Shown here one piece after another: positions 16,969 through 25,830 of a stretch of 36,569 nucleotides of DNA. The notes beneath the pieces were generated by a model. It had not been told where the DNA came from. It worked only from the letters and a program-made list of their open reading frames with translations, and did no database searches. The position numbers were made by a program, and so were the translations under genes. Numbering within the stretch: the stretch's first letter is position 1; the number at the start of each line of letters is the position of its first letter. Source of the stretch: a virus; UHGV virus genome UHGV-1487493. The stretch is one strand, 5' to 3'.

Positions 16969-16997
16969 AGTCAACCAGTGGTCGGTTGGCTTTTTTA
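16969..16997 (+). terminator. Rho-independent terminator-like hairpin on plus strand
   Basis: AGTCAACC-AGTGGTC-GGTTGGCT followed by TTTTTT. Confidence 0.5.
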
Positions 16998-17067
16998 TAC
17001 TTGATTTTTTATAATGGGTTTGGTATAAAAATACTATAAAAAATAAACTTAATATTATTTCTTACAG

Positions 17068-17098
17068 AACTACCTAGCGGAAACTAGGTAGTTTTTTT
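17068..17098 (+). terminator. Hairpin 3 (10-bp stem, loop CGGAAA) followed by T-run; plus-strand terminator-like
   Basis: AACTACCTAG-CGGAAA-CTAGGTAGTT-TTTTT. Confidence 0.55.
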
Positions 17099-17111
17099 AT
17101 ACTATCATTTA

Positions 17112-17312
17112 TTATTCTTCCAATGCCCATCCCATTAATTTACTCATTTCAAATACTACATTTCGTCTTACTCCAGTTGAAATACCTAGATAATTAAATT
17201 TTAAAACATCCCATTCTAAATCAGTTGTAACTGTTTCAACATGCCTAACATCTTCAAACTTCATTGTTTCACCAGTCGGTAGCCATATGATCAAACTTTT
17301 TGATTTTTCCAT
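17112..17312 (-). CDS. Hypothetical protein (66 aa)
   Basis: ORF at the end of the early operon. Confidence 0.4.
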   Translation of the reverse strand: MEKSKSLIIWLPTGETMKFEDVRHVETVTTDLEWDVLKFNYLGISTGVRRNVVFEMSKLMGWALEE

Positions 17313-17315
17313 TTA

Positions 17316-17888
17316 TTATCCCTCCACCTTCACAGCAAACGGCCAATAGCGCTCATCAATTGCTTTGATTACTGATTCAGTAAGTTTATATGCTGAATCG
17401 TGCCAATTTGTTAGTTCTTCATACTCAACAAGTCTAGCATCAGTTCTACCACTAAAAAGTTGCACTAAATATTTATGGTCAATAACTACTTTATACAACT
17501 GTTCTTTCTCGACTTCGTAGCCGTTATCAATGGCGCTCATTAGTTTTACTTTATTTTTTGGAACTGTAAGCCAGCTCTCTATTTTTTCAGTTAAAAACGA
17601 GTATTCTTCATCATAGTACCGCTCTAACTGTCTGCCGATGAACGTCATGAAAACAGCACCAGAATTTAACTTAACATTACTGATTTGACCTCTTAAACCA
17701 TCAAGCCAATCTGCCACAAATTTCTCTTCATGTGAAAATATGACTTTTCCCTGTACTTTGAGTTCTTTTATGACCTCAATTGCTGCATTTACTCCATCGT
17801 CATAACCTCTTGACCATTCATCTTCTGCATCGCAGCCTCCGATATCATAGAGCGCTTGAATTAAATCTTCTTTTTCTTGTTTATTCAT
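17316..17888 (-). CDS. DUF1642-like phage protein
   Basis: GGGAGGGG RBS before the ATG at 17888 (internal Met of the listed ORF); phage early-region family. Confidence 0.5.
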   Translation of the reverse strand: MNKQEKEDLIQALYDIGGCDAEDEWSRGYDDGVNAAIEVIKELKVQGKVIFSHEEKFVADWLDGLRGQISNVKLNSGAVFMTFIGRQLERYYDEEYSFLTEKIESWLTVPKNKVKLMSAIDNGYEVEKEQLYKVVIDHKYLVQLFSGRTDARLVEYEELTNWHDSAYKLTESVIKAIDERYWPFAVKVEG

Positions 17889-18141
17889 CGCTGCCCCTCC
17901 CAAAAAAGTCAACATTTCCTAGGATTTCTAATTCTCCATCTGGGTAAACATCTAACCAATCATGAGCACCAATAAAATTATTAAAGGCATTCAAACCTTT
18001 TGTTTTATGATGGTGATTTACTCCAAAACCGACTAATAAAATTTCACCTCGTAACGTTCGAACAACGTCATGATATTTAATTACTTTACCGTTCTTGTCT
18101 TTTACCTCTTCAACACAATTTTTGTAATTTTCATAACTCAT
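17881..18141 (-). CDS. Hypothetical protein (86 aa)
   Basis: ORF with overlapping stop/start coupling to neighbours. Confidence 0.4.
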   Translation of the reverse strand: MSYENYKNCVEEVKDKNGKVIKYHDVVRTLRGEILLVGFGVNHHHKTKGLNAFNNFIGAHDWLDVYPDGELEILGNVDFFGRGSDE

Positions 18142-18299
18142 TCCGCTTCCTCCTCAATACATTTAAACAAGCCCTCTGACTTCTTTAATATTTCTCTTTC
18201 CCTTTTATATACATTTTCTTCAAAGAAAGCTTTTGCTTCTTCGTTATTACTTATGTCAATTTCAATATATTCATCTTTGAAAGCTTCTTTAAAGCTCAT
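18138..18299 (-). CDS. Hypothetical acidic small protein (53 aa)
   Basis: Not in the ORF track (<60 aa); GGAGGTCGCAGA-ATG RBS; ATGA overlap with the downstream gene; fills a gap between minus-strand genes. Confidence 0.35.
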   Translation of the reverse strand: MSFKEAFKDEYIEIDISNNEEAKAFFEENVYKREREILKKSEGLFKCIEEEAE

Positions 18300-18712
18300 T
18301 CTGCGACCTCCAATAGCTCTGGGTTCTCGTGAATATTTCCGAGTATTTCTAAAGAACTAGTTCCATCAAAAGTATTAGAAACATCAATAAAATCATAGTT
18401 GTCATCTGGTTCTATTCCATCGATAAAAAATTGATAACAGTCTCTTTTAACGATACCTAGGTAGCTATATTCTCCATCTCGATACTGAACAATATCACCC
18501 TCAAAAATTTCAACGCCGTTCTTGTCTTTCAAGCCTGTTGATTGCATGAGGATCACATCTTTAAATTCTCGTGTCAACGTATGCCTATTCTCATGATCTC
18601 CATTATCAGCCTCAAGCCAAACTGTTTTTTTCTCAAAGTCAATTTGATTAACTTTCATCATTTTTTTATATTTCTTATCCCACGCTCTAAACTTTGGAAT
18701 CATCTTCTTCAC
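18296..18712 (-). CDS. YopX-family phage protein
   Basis: N-terminal ..KFRAWDKKYKKM.. pattern typical of YopX-like proteins. Confidence 0.55.
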   Translation of the reverse strand: MKKMIPKFRAWDKKYKKMMKVNQIDFEKKTVWLEADNGDHENRHTLTREFKDVILMQSTGLKDKNGVEIFEGDIVQYRDGEYSYLGIVKRDCYQFFIDGIEPDDNYDFIDVSNTFDGTSSLEILGNIHENPELLEVAE

Positions 18713-18746
18713 TCACTTTCTAAAATAGTGACAGCTGTTCTCCAGT

Positions 18747-19511
18747 TCATATAAATAGCCCCATTGGGATATTTGACAACATTTTTTCCTGCGCAACTTC
18801 GTACATCTCTTTCTTTATTTCAAATCCATAAGCATTTCTATTGAGTTCTGCCGCAGCTCTAAGCGTAGAGCCACTACCAGCGCATGGATCTATTACAACA
18901 TCCCCATAATCTGTGAAAATTTCAATTAACCGTTTAATAACGGGTACCGGTTTTTGTGTCGGATGTATTTTTGGGTAGCTGTTATCCGTTTCCCATTCAA
19001 ACCAATTTAGAACCATACGGCCGTCGTTATTGAATTTGGGAAGTTTTTCTCTGTAAAGAACTAGTGCATATTCTGTAGCCCCTACGATCCTCATATTTGC
19101 TTTTAGTACTTGAGGACTGGACTTCTTAATAAAAACTAGTGGAATGTGATTTTTAAAGCCGTACCGTTTACCATAATCAATCACCATTTGAAGCTGTTGA
19201 AAAGCGCAAAATACAATCATAGCTGGCGCTTTTCCAACTTCTTTAGGTTCTTTCTTTAACATTTTTGAGCAAAAATGCATAAACTCTGATATTCTAAAAT
19301 TCTCATCGGTGTCAAAAAAGCTTTTATTCGCTTTATCCGATTCTCCATTTTCAATTTTTCCACCCTCATACCATGCAGAACTGGATGCATAAGCATTTTT
19401 ACCTAAGTTGTACGGTATGTCTGCAATAACTAATTGTGCTTTCGGTATGCCGTATCGTTTATAATTTTGAAAATGATCGTTAAATAATTGTATTTTCGGT
19501 TCTCTCTGCAT
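18747..19511 (-). CDS. DNA methyltransferase, N6A/N4C beta-class (orphan; no cognate endonuclease seen)
   Basis: Motif IV DIPY (ADIPYNLG) near the N-terminus and motif I VIDPCAGSGST near the C-terminus. Confidence 0.8.
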   Translation of the reverse strand: MQREPKIQLFNDHFQNYKRYGIPKAQLVIADIPYNLGKNAYASSSAWYEGGKIENGESDKANKSFFDTDENFRISEFMHFCSKMLKKEPKEVGKAPAMIVFCAFQQLQMVIDYGKRYGFKNHIPLVFIKKSSPQVLKANMRIVGATEYALVLYREKLPKFNNDGRMVLNWFEWETDNSYPKIHPTQKPVPVIKRLIEIFTDYGDVVIDPCAGSGSTLRAAAELNRNAYGFEIKKEMYEVAQEKMLSNIPMGLFI

Positions 19512-19566
19512 AATTTCAAAGGAGTAAAGAATTCTTTGTGGTCGACCAAACCTCCACTCCTTTCGC

Positions 19567-19707
19567 TTATTTCTTCTTTATTTCAGCTAACTTTTTCGCA
19601 ACACTTTGCCCACTTTTGTTGCATAGCGGACAAGAAGTTGCTTTTGAATGGCCGAATCTATCTTTTTCCCAGACAATCATCTGTCCCTTGCATTTTGGAC
19701 ATGTCAT
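19567..19707 (-). CDS. Small zinc-ribbon protein (46 aa; CPKC...CPLC)
   Basis: GAGGGAAAAG RBS; two CxxC pairs; not in the ORF track. Confidence 0.3.
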   Translation of the reverse strand: MTCPKCKGQMIVWEKDRFGHSKATSCPLCNKSGQSVAKKLAEIKKK

Positions 19708-19793
19708 CGCTTTTCCCTCGCTTACTGTATGTGCCATTTGTAATAGCTTTTTCTTTTAATCTACGTTTTTTCTTTTTGATTTTAGATTTAGTT

Positions 19794-20555
19794 TTACCCA
19801 TTCACTTTGACCGCCTTTGTCAAATCAAATCCTAAAGCGTTTGGATGTCCTTCTACTTCTTCTGGTTTTACATGGTAAACATCTGTTTCAATATTAAAGC
19901 CTCCAACTTCGGCAGCTTTTCTTAACACATGACCATTCCAGCTTTTTCGATAGCCTGTTTTTTTATTCACTTTAGGACTTACACAACTTCTAGCGCCTTC
20001 TTCAGTGGCTTCGCACGGTAAAACAAATAACGCTTTGTTCTGTTCGTCTAAATACAGTTGGACCCATTCTGGTTTGTTCAATCGTTGAACTACTGGACCA
20101 CTTAAAGCCAGACCGCTTTTTGAGATCGTTAAACATTCCTCTGCTTTTACTCCAAAATTTCCTGAAATAAGTAACGTTGCTGTATTTAAATTAAATTTCA
20201 TGTGTTTTGTCTCCTCTACTTTGTTATTTTCTTTTCGCTTAATTATGTTTTCTATGCCATTTGCCTTTCGCCAGTTTTGAAATGTGGTTGTTCCAAGTCC
20301 GAGAGCTTTCTTAATATCGTTTACTTGATAACCTAAGTCTAATAAGTGCTGATATTCTTCTTTCGTCAGCTTGTCAGGCTCTAATTTTGGTAATGGTCGC
20401 TTATCGTTTATAAGGTTAGAATTCAGTCGTTTTGATAATCTCTGGACCTCTTCCACGATTTCTGGATTATTCATCCATGATTCATCATCACCAGTCAAAA
20501 AAAGAATTCTCTGACGAATGGCTCTTTTTGTTTCTCTGAGTTTGTTTTTCGTCAT
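19794..20555 (-). CDS. Hypothetical DNA-binding protein (253 aa)
   Basis: Central HTH-like segment (..DIKKALGLGTTTFQNWRKANG..); early region. Confidence 0.45.
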   Translation of the reverse strand: MTKNKLRETKRAIRQRILFLTGDDESWMNNPEIVEEVQRLSKRLNSNLINDKRPLPKLEPDKLTKEEYQHLLDLGYQVNDIKKALGLGTTTFQNWRKANGIENIIKRKENNKVEETKHMKFNLNTATLLISGNFGVKAEECLTISKSGLALSGPVVQRLNKPEWVQLYLDEQNKALFVLPCEATEEGARSCVSPKVNKKTGYRKSWNGHVLRKAAEVGGFNIETDVYHVKPEEVEGHPNALGFDLTKAVKVNG

Positions 20556-20986
20556 TCCTTTTCCTCCAAACTCATAATTTCAATTTCTGTTCGTGGTCGC
20601 ATGCTGTACAACTTTTGGCAAACCATCACAGCAATTTGACCATCGTTTTTATATAAAATGCCTTCGGCAGCATCAGTGACTGCTTTGAAATAATTATCCA
20701 AGTCAGGTTTCTTATCGCAATATTTACGCTCTAATTCCACTTCTAAGCGTTTCTTTTTAGAACTTAATAGAGATTTAGGGGCAGCGATGTAAAACGTAAT
20801 ATGCGTAAAAATAGCCCCTTTTTCAATCAATTCTGGTTTTGTCTTTCGTAGATACGCTTTTACCTTTTGTTTATAGGCTCTCATAGCGCTATCTTCGTAG
20901 GTTTGAACATAATTCCCACGTCTAGCAAATCTTGGGCGACTTTGTGGTTTTGGTTCAATCGGTAGAATAATTCGCATCTCTTCCAC
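20552..20986 (-). CDS. rusA: RusA-family Holliday junction resolvase
   Basis: ..PKPQSRPRF.. N-terminus and ..KKPDLDNYFKAVTDA..GILYKNDGQI.. catalytic region. Confidence 0.8.
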   Translation of the reverse strand: MEEMRIILPIEPKPQSRPRFARRGNYVQTYEDSAMRAYKQKVKAYLRKTKPELIEKGAIFTHITFYIAAPKSLLSSKKKRLEVELERKYCDKKPDLDNYFKAVTDAAEGILYKNDGQIAVMVCQKLYSMRPRTEIEIMSLEEKE

Positions 20987-20994
20987 CTCGAGCC

Positions 20995-21294
20995 TTACAA
21001 ATCGGCTTCTTTGACGAATACTCCGTTTACCATTTCCCCTTGGCGATTTTTGATTTCGCTATATGCTTGATTTAGGCATTCGTATAAGTCCATGTTATTT
21101 TGCATAGCGAGAATAATTAATGTCACAACCATATCACCGATACCATCTCTTAGGTCGTTTTCGTTGTTTCTTGCCAATGCAGCACCAACTTCTCCGACTT
21201 CCTCAATCACTTTTAGCATTTGCTTTTCGGGTTCCGCTTTATCTAAACGCTTTTCTTTCGCCCATTCTTCCACTAATTTAACTAATTCATTCAT
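20995..21294 (-). CDS. mazG: MazG-like nucleotide pyrophosphohydrolase
   Basis: ..KVIEEVGEVGAALARNNENDLRDGIGDMVVTLIILA.. EExxE/D motifs. Confidence 0.75.
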   Translation of the reverse strand: MNELVKLVEEWAKEKRLDKAEPEKQMLKVIEEVGEVGAALARNNENDLRDGIGDMVVTLIILAMQNNMDLYECLNQAYSEIKNRQGEMVNGVFVKEADL

Positions 21295-21597
21295 CTAAAA
21301 TTCCTCCCCGAAATCTAATTCACGTTTTAGCTTGCTGTGAATCGATTCTAGCTCTTTTTTGTATTCTTTGACTGTTTGTATTGTTTTACCACTAGAAAGC
21401 ACATAATCGCGTTCTATTGCGACGAGAGCCTTACTTAAATTGCCATAATAACCAATCAAAGCGAGAGACTCTTTTTCTGTACCGTCTTTATCAGTCAAAA
21501 TGGTTAACTCTCCGTGTTCGTTTCGTCTCGCTTTATTTACGATTACTTGCTTATCATCGCTAGTAATTCGATAATCAAGTACCTTCATTTCAATCAT
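21295..21597 (-). CDS. Hypothetical protein (100 aa)
   Basis: ORF in the replication module. Confidence 0.4.
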   Translation of the reverse strand: MIEMKVLDYRITSDDKQVIVNKARRNEHGELTILTDKDGTEKESLALIGYYGNLSKALVAIERDYVLSSGKTIQTVKEYKKELESIHSKLKRELDFGEEF

Positions 21598-21600
21598 GAT

Positions 21601-22458
21601 TTACTCTCCTCCCGACAATTCTTGTATTTGTCTTTTTAGAGCTGCTTGCTCTTCTGGTGATAATTTTTCCTCTTCTTGTTTTGGTTCATTTACCCAATCT
21701 GGTAATTGTTCTTGTCTAACTGGAGGATTCGTATATCTTGCTTGCGTTGTCGTTTCAGACAAGTCGTATTCATCGTTAAAACGTTCATCACGTATCCAGC
21801 GGAACAATTCTTGTGGATGATACCAGTCGTTTAATTTGATATACTTAAGATAAGCTTTGTATCCTGTTTTAAACCGTTCGAAGTCTTCATCTGACTTAAT
21901 TTTCTTTAAGAATTGCTCTTTGGCTTTTTTCTTATTGGTTTTCTTCGGATATGTTTTCCAAACTTTTTCAAATAATTCAGACATGGTTGAACTTTGTTCA
22001 ACACTATATATATTCTTTGTATTATTCTTTGTATTATTAATTAATGTATTATTCTCTGTGAAGTTTTCTTCACTAGGGGTAGTGAAATTTTCTTCATCCC
22101 CCTCCTGATGATTTTTTCCATAGGTGATGAAATTTTCTTCACTAGGGGTGTAAAATTCTGTATCAGTTGGATACGGTAAGATATAGATATGTCTCCGATC
22201 TACCATTTTGCTGTTTGGCTTATAAAAAATTTGCATTTTTATATAGTTTCTTTCTTCTAACTGTTTCAGCCATGAAATAATTGTTCGCTTGCTAACGTTA
22301 TACAGATTTGCAAAATATTGATTCGTTGCCCAACAATAGCCTCTTTCATTTGCTAATGCCGTTAGCTCTCCATACAATAATTTTGCATTCCCATTTAAGT
22401 GGTTATCATAGCGAACAATCGCTGGGATAATGGCGTAATATCCTCTATGTTCATTCAC
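21601..22458 (-). CDS. Replication initiator / replisome organizer (N-terminal winged-helix), with internal iteron-like repeats
   Basis: N-terminus ..YAIIPAIVRYDNHLNGNAKLLYGELTALANERGYCWATNQYFANLYNVSKRTIISWLKQLEE..; protein repeats TPSEENF x2; DNA repeats at 22011-22150. Confidence 0.65.
   Translation of the reverse strand: MNEHRGYYAIIPAIVRYDNHLNGNAKLLYGELTALANERGYCWATNQYFANLYNVSKRTIISWLKQLEERNYIKMQIFYKPNSKMVDRRHIYILPYPTDTEFYTPSEENFITYGKNHQEGDEENFTTPSEENFTENNTLINNTKNNTKNIYSVEQSSTMSELFEKVWKTYPKKTNKKKAKEQFLKKIKSDEDFERFKTGYKAYLKYIKLNDWYHPQELFRWIRDERFNDEYDLSETTTQARYTNPPVRQEQLPDWVNEPKQEEEKLSPEEQAALKRQIQELSGGE
22011..22150. repeat. Iteron-like direct repeats inside the initiator gene (candidate ori)
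   Basis: TATTCTTTGTAT tandem x2; GAA(A/G)TTTTCTTCA(CTAGGGGT) x3 at 22060, 22084 and 22128. Confidence 0.5.
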
Positions 22459-22658
22459 TAGTTATCCTCCTCATCAACAACGACCGTATAAACATATTTA
22501 TGCTTAATTTCTCCGTTAACGACTTTTTTTATTGTTTGTGCTTCAATAGCTATTCCTTTACCATTTCTTGAACCGATATAGACAAATGCTAATAGTTCAA
22601 AAAATAGTTTTTGACTCGATGTTAATTGCCTGTATTTTTCAAGTAATTCCTCTACCAA
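22458..22658 (-). CDS. Hypothetical protein (66 aa)
   Basis: ORF with ATGA overlap to neighbour. Confidence 0.4.
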   Translation of the reverse strand: MVEELLEKYRQLTSSQKLFFELLAFVYIGSRNGKGIAIEAQTIKKVVNGEIKHKYVYTVVVDEEDN

Positions 22659-22662
22659 ACTG

Positions 22663-23304
22663 TTAACCTCCGATATTCAACTTCTTACGTTCTTCAACGT
22701 TTAGTTTTACTGGTTTAATTTGATACTTGTTTAAAAAGTTCTTAGTACCTATCTGATGTTCTTCTTGATGATGTTGACGACAACCAGCGTAAAAAGTAAA
22801 TGTTTCGTGATTAATCTTTTGACGATTTCGCCCCATACCGACTACCTCGATATGACAAACATCGGCATGTTTCCCACAAATACAACACTTACGGTATTTA
22901 AGGCAGTAATAAAACCATTTGTTATTTTCTAGCAAGTATTGGTATCTCTTTTCTAGTGGCACATCATTTTTCAAAATAAATTCGATTAAAAAACTAATCC
23001 ATTCTGTTGCTTCATGTCGTGTAGCCTTACTGTGTTCAAAATACACACCGCTTTTAGCTTCGTAGTAATATTTTAAAACCCCTTCTATCCATTTAGGCTC
23101 GTCATAACTCCAACGAGCGATGTCGGCTATTAAAACATGAGAAAGTGCATTTTGTTTTTGAGACATTTGCCGATTATCTAACAGTTCAACTTTTGCCAAA
23201 TTGTCATCATTGTTAGCTAAGAGATCGAGGAAATTTGAGTTAATTTCTTCCTCGAACTCGATAGCTAATTTATTTCCTTTATGTTTTATGATTTTTCCAA
23301 TCAT
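22663..23304 (-). CDS. HNH-nuclease-domain protein (C-terminal CxxC...H...N...H)
   Basis: ..CCICGKHADVCHIEVVGMGRNRQKINHETFTFYAGCRQHH.. Confidence 0.45.
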   Translation of the reverse strand: MIGKIIKHKGNKLAIEFEEEINSNFLDLLANNDDNLAKVELLDNRQMSQKQNALSHVLIADIARWSYDEPKWIEGVLKYYYEAKSGVYFEHSKATRHEATEWISFLIEFILKNDVPLEKRYQYLLENNKWFYYCLKYRKCCICGKHADVCHIEVVGMGRNRQKINHETFTFYAGCRQHHQEEHQIGTKNFLNKYQIKPVKLNVEERKKLNIGG

Positions 23305-23951
23305 TCCATCACATCATTAAAAAATTGTTCATTTTCTAGCTTATGAATATTTCTATTGGTTAATTCCATTAGCTTATGATGTATTTCTGTGTCTAAATCT
23401 TCTATCTTTCCATCAAATTTTATAATCGTCAGAAATTGAGCTTCGACACTTTTTTCTGAAACTTTTTTTAACGCAGCTATTTTTTGGAAATTTGCTTTCA
23501 ACTGTTCCAATTGTTTTTTAGTAATCTTCTTTACATTTTTTTCTTGTTTCTTGTATTCATCTGTATCCGCATCTTTTGTATCATCAATTAGATATAATCC
23601 ATTTAGCGCATACTTCCGTGCATACGAAGAAGCAGTTCCAGTGATTTGGCTATCATCCATCCCTTTCTTGGTAAATGATTCTCTAGCGTACGCGGTGAAA
23701 CTTTCTTTTATAATGCCATCGGTTATAGTCGCAGTTGCCTTAATGTAATGCCAATCTCCGATTAGCAAAGGTTCATCTGATAGTGTCAAAAGTAATCCTT
23801 GCTCTGCATTTAGTGGCTTCACAGCATTTAGAATATCTTCTGCTGATCGATACTTATATTTTCCAAACGAGTTGTATTGCCCTTTAGGAGCTTTTAATGC
23901 TGTTTGCACAGCAATTAGTTTTTCTACAAATGTTTTTTTATCTTCTGACAT
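23301..23951 (-). CDS. erf: ERF-family single-strand annealing recombinase
   Basis: N-terminal ..YNSFGKYKYRSAEDILNAVKPL.. characteristic of the ERF family. Confidence 0.7.
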   Translation of the reverse strand: MSEDKKTFVEKLIAVQTALKAPKGQYNSFGKYKYRSAEDILNAVKPLNAEQGLLLTLSDEPLLIGDWHYIKATATITDGIIKESFTAYARESFTKKGMDDSQITGTASSYARKYALNGLYLIDDTKDADTDEYKKQEKNVKKITKKQLEQLKANFQKIAALKKVSEKSVEAQFLTIIKFDGKIEDLDTEIHHKLMELTNRNIHKLENEQFFNDVME

Positions 23952-24270
23952 GTTCTCTCTCCTCTTTATAACAAACTGACCAACGACAAGGGTTTAATCG
24001 AATATAGTCTCCTGCATCAAAAAAGGTAACTTTAATGGGAATACAATCTTTATACTCATCAAGAATAAGTTCCATGTAATCTTCTGATTTCGTAATCTTT
24101 TCAATTGTTTTCCCTGAAATAGTATCCCTAAGCGTTACTTCCAATACTTCGTCATAGATTGTCAATACATTGTCTTTCCAATCTCTAATTTCTTCATTAT
24201 CCTCTTCGCTAAGCGTTTCAGGCGATTCTGTTAAATATCTATCTAGTGCATTTGCTTCTCTACGATTCAT
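23938..24270 (-). CDS. Hypothetical protein (110 aa)
   Basis: ORF in the early region. Confidence 0.4.
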   Translation of the reverse strand: MNRREANALDRYLTESPETLSEEDNEEIRDWKDNVLTIYDEVLEVTLRDTISGKTIEKITKSEDYMELILDEYKDCIPIKVTFFDAGDYIRLNPCRWSVCYKEEREHVRR

Positions 24271-24466
24271 TCACAAAACCTCTTTTCTGTGTTACAATTT
24301 TTCTAGTATAATTTTTGTGTGCGACTAATTGCTTGGCGGCATAGTCGCTTTTTTCATCATGCAATCCCTCTGCGCTCTTTTTGTTGTGCAATGTATATTT
24401 TATTTTTTTGTTGCTGGTACCATAAATCAGCAAGTTTTTTCGTTTGCTGTAATTTTTCTTTCCTTG

Positions 24467-24640
24467 TCATTTATTTACCTCTCTATCTTCAAGTGCCAGA
24501 TCATAAAACAGTGTCCAAATGATGAATAAGCCGATATATACATTTTGGATAATCGGATTAAAATTTCCGCCTACTATCAACCCCAATCCGAAAACGATTA
24601 GCAACACTGCAATTCTTCTTAAGTTATAAATTTTTCTCAT
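24467..24640 (-). CDS. Small two-helix membrane protein (57 aa)
   Basis: AAGGAGAAATGAA-ATG RBS; hydrophobic AVLLIVFGLGLIVGG and IGLFIIWTLFY segments; not in the ORF track. Confidence 0.3.
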   Translation of the reverse strand: MRKIYNLRRIAVLLIVFGLGLIVGGNFNPIIQNVYIGLFIIWTLFYDLALEDREVNK

Positions 24641-24651
24641 TTCATTTCTCC

Positions 24652-24837
24652 TTAAATATGCATTCTATTTTGAATCTCTAAGTATCTTAAAAATTCAAGT
24701 TCTCTTTCAATTTGATAGGCTTTTCCTTCGGTCAGTTGTTCTGATTGTCTAAGCGCTGCTTTATCATCTTGTAGCTGTTTACGCTCTTTTTTGATTTGGT
24801 TGAGTATCCAACTTTCTTGTTCAGTTGTATAAGCCAT
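24652..24837 (-). CDS. Hypothetical coiled-coil protein (61 aa)
   Basis: ORF in the early region. Confidence 0.35.
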   Translation of the reverse strand: MAYTTEQESWILNQIKKERKQLQDDKAALRQSEQLTEGKAYQIERELEFLRYLEIQNRMHI

Positions 24838-24847
24838 AATATTCTCC

Positions 24848-25558
24848 CTACGCTATGTCGTTTAAGTCTAAACTCATTTGTCTTACAACTGTTTTTGTGG
24901 CTGTGGACGGCTCCCAGTCATTGATATATTCAATTACCATTGGATAATGTTTTTCTCTTAACTGTGATCGGGTACCCACGCCTGTAATTTGCTTAATACC
25001 TGAATTAATATCTTTGTATAGCTTGCCACGCTGTTCCTTTGTGATTTTTCCAAATCCTCTTGCTACTTCTGCTACTCGTTGATGAACTCGACGTGATAAG
25101 TAGCCATAATCATCTGCACCGATTTTTTGATTGTCTTTTAAGTCGGCTACTTCTTTTTCGATTACATCTACACGCTCATTTGTTTCTTCATTTGCTGATA
25201 AAGCAAGCATTGCCAATTCTCTTTGAGAGGTTGGAAGTTTAGGCTGTTGAATTTCTTTTTCCATTTGATTAAAAGCTTCAATATATTTCAATTTAAATTG
25301 CAAAGCTTTTTGACCAGTGAACCCCATTGCTAACAAAGTGAAGCCGTCGCGATTCATAATAACTTGGCGATAAGATTGTTTGTTTTGTGGATGAATGTAG
25401 GTATCTTCGTAAAATAGGTCGGCATAATTTTGTGCCACCCCCTCTTTTAATTCATCAATGGCTTTTAGAACAACTTTGTGTTCTTTTCCGAAAGTTTCTG
25501 CAACTTGTAAACTACTTGTTACTGCTTGCTGGTTTTTCATAATTACTAAATTTGTCAT
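24848..25558 (-). CDS. Rha-family phage regulatory protein / antirepressor (pRha N-terminal domain)
   Basis: ..KNQQAVTSSLQVAETFGKEHKVVLKAIDEL.. pRha signature. Confidence 0.7.
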   Translation of the reverse strand: MTNLVIMKNQQAVTSSLQVAETFGKEHKVVLKAIDELKEGVAQNYADLFYEDTYIHPQNKQSYRQVIMNRDGFTLLAMGFTGQKALQFKLKYIEAFNQMEKEIQQPKLPTSQRELAMLALSANEETNERVDVIEKEVADLKDNQKIGADDYGYLSRRVHQRVAEVARGFGKITKEQRGKLYKDINSGIKQITGVGTRSQLREKHYPMVIEYINDWEPSTATKTVVRQMSLDLNDIA

Positions 25559-25559
25559 T

Positions 25560-25582
25560 TGGTTTACTTCCTTTCTGGTATA
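25560..25582. promoter_or_regulatory. Duplicated 23-bp element GTTTACTTCCTTTCTGGTATAAT, copy 1: RBS for the minus gene plus an extended -10 (TGgTATAAT) facing the plus gene
   Basis: Exact repeat of 26045-26067; the minus strand reads AAAGGAAG RBS 8 nt before the ATG at 25558; the plus strand reads TGGTATAAT. Confidence 0.5.
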
Positions 25583-25611
25583 ATTATTTTGAAAGCGAGG
25601 TGAAAAATATT

Positions 25612-25830
25612 ATGTTTACTTATATTTGTAACAAACAAGCAGACGATAAGGGGTTACACGAAGTGCATGTTTCAACATGTAAATACCTACCATCTACAGA
25701 ACGACAATTGGTAGTGGGCGAATATTCTTCTTGCCATGCAGCTATTCAGTCGCTTGAAGAAGCCAACGCTGGCAGAGGGTTTAAGTTCGATGGTTGTTAT
25801 TATTGTTGTAAACCTTGTCATCACGGTTAG
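25612..25830 (+). CDS. Small Cys/His-rich protein (72 aa), plus strand, antisense to the early operon
   Basis: GAGGTG RBS; C-terminus ..DGCYYCCKPCHHG; fills a 268-bp gap between minus-strand genes. Confidence 0.4.
   Translation: MFTYICNKQADDKGLHEVHVSTCKYLPSTERQLVVGEYSSCHAAIQSLEEANAGRGFKFDGCYYCCKPCHHG

Noticed and set aside
19488-19835. Plus-strand ORFs 19488..19835 and 19538..19759
   Set aside because: They are antisense to a minus-strand zinc-ribbon gene with a good RBS and to the gene ends on both sides, and they have no RBS and low-complexity sequence.
24319-24529. Plus-strand ORFs 24319..24522 and 24329..24529 (membrane-like)
   Set aside because: The minus strand here carries two short ORFs with strong RBSs and stop/start coupling (24467..24640 and a 38-codon ORF) that continue the minus-strand operon. 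The plus ORFs are likely their shadows.
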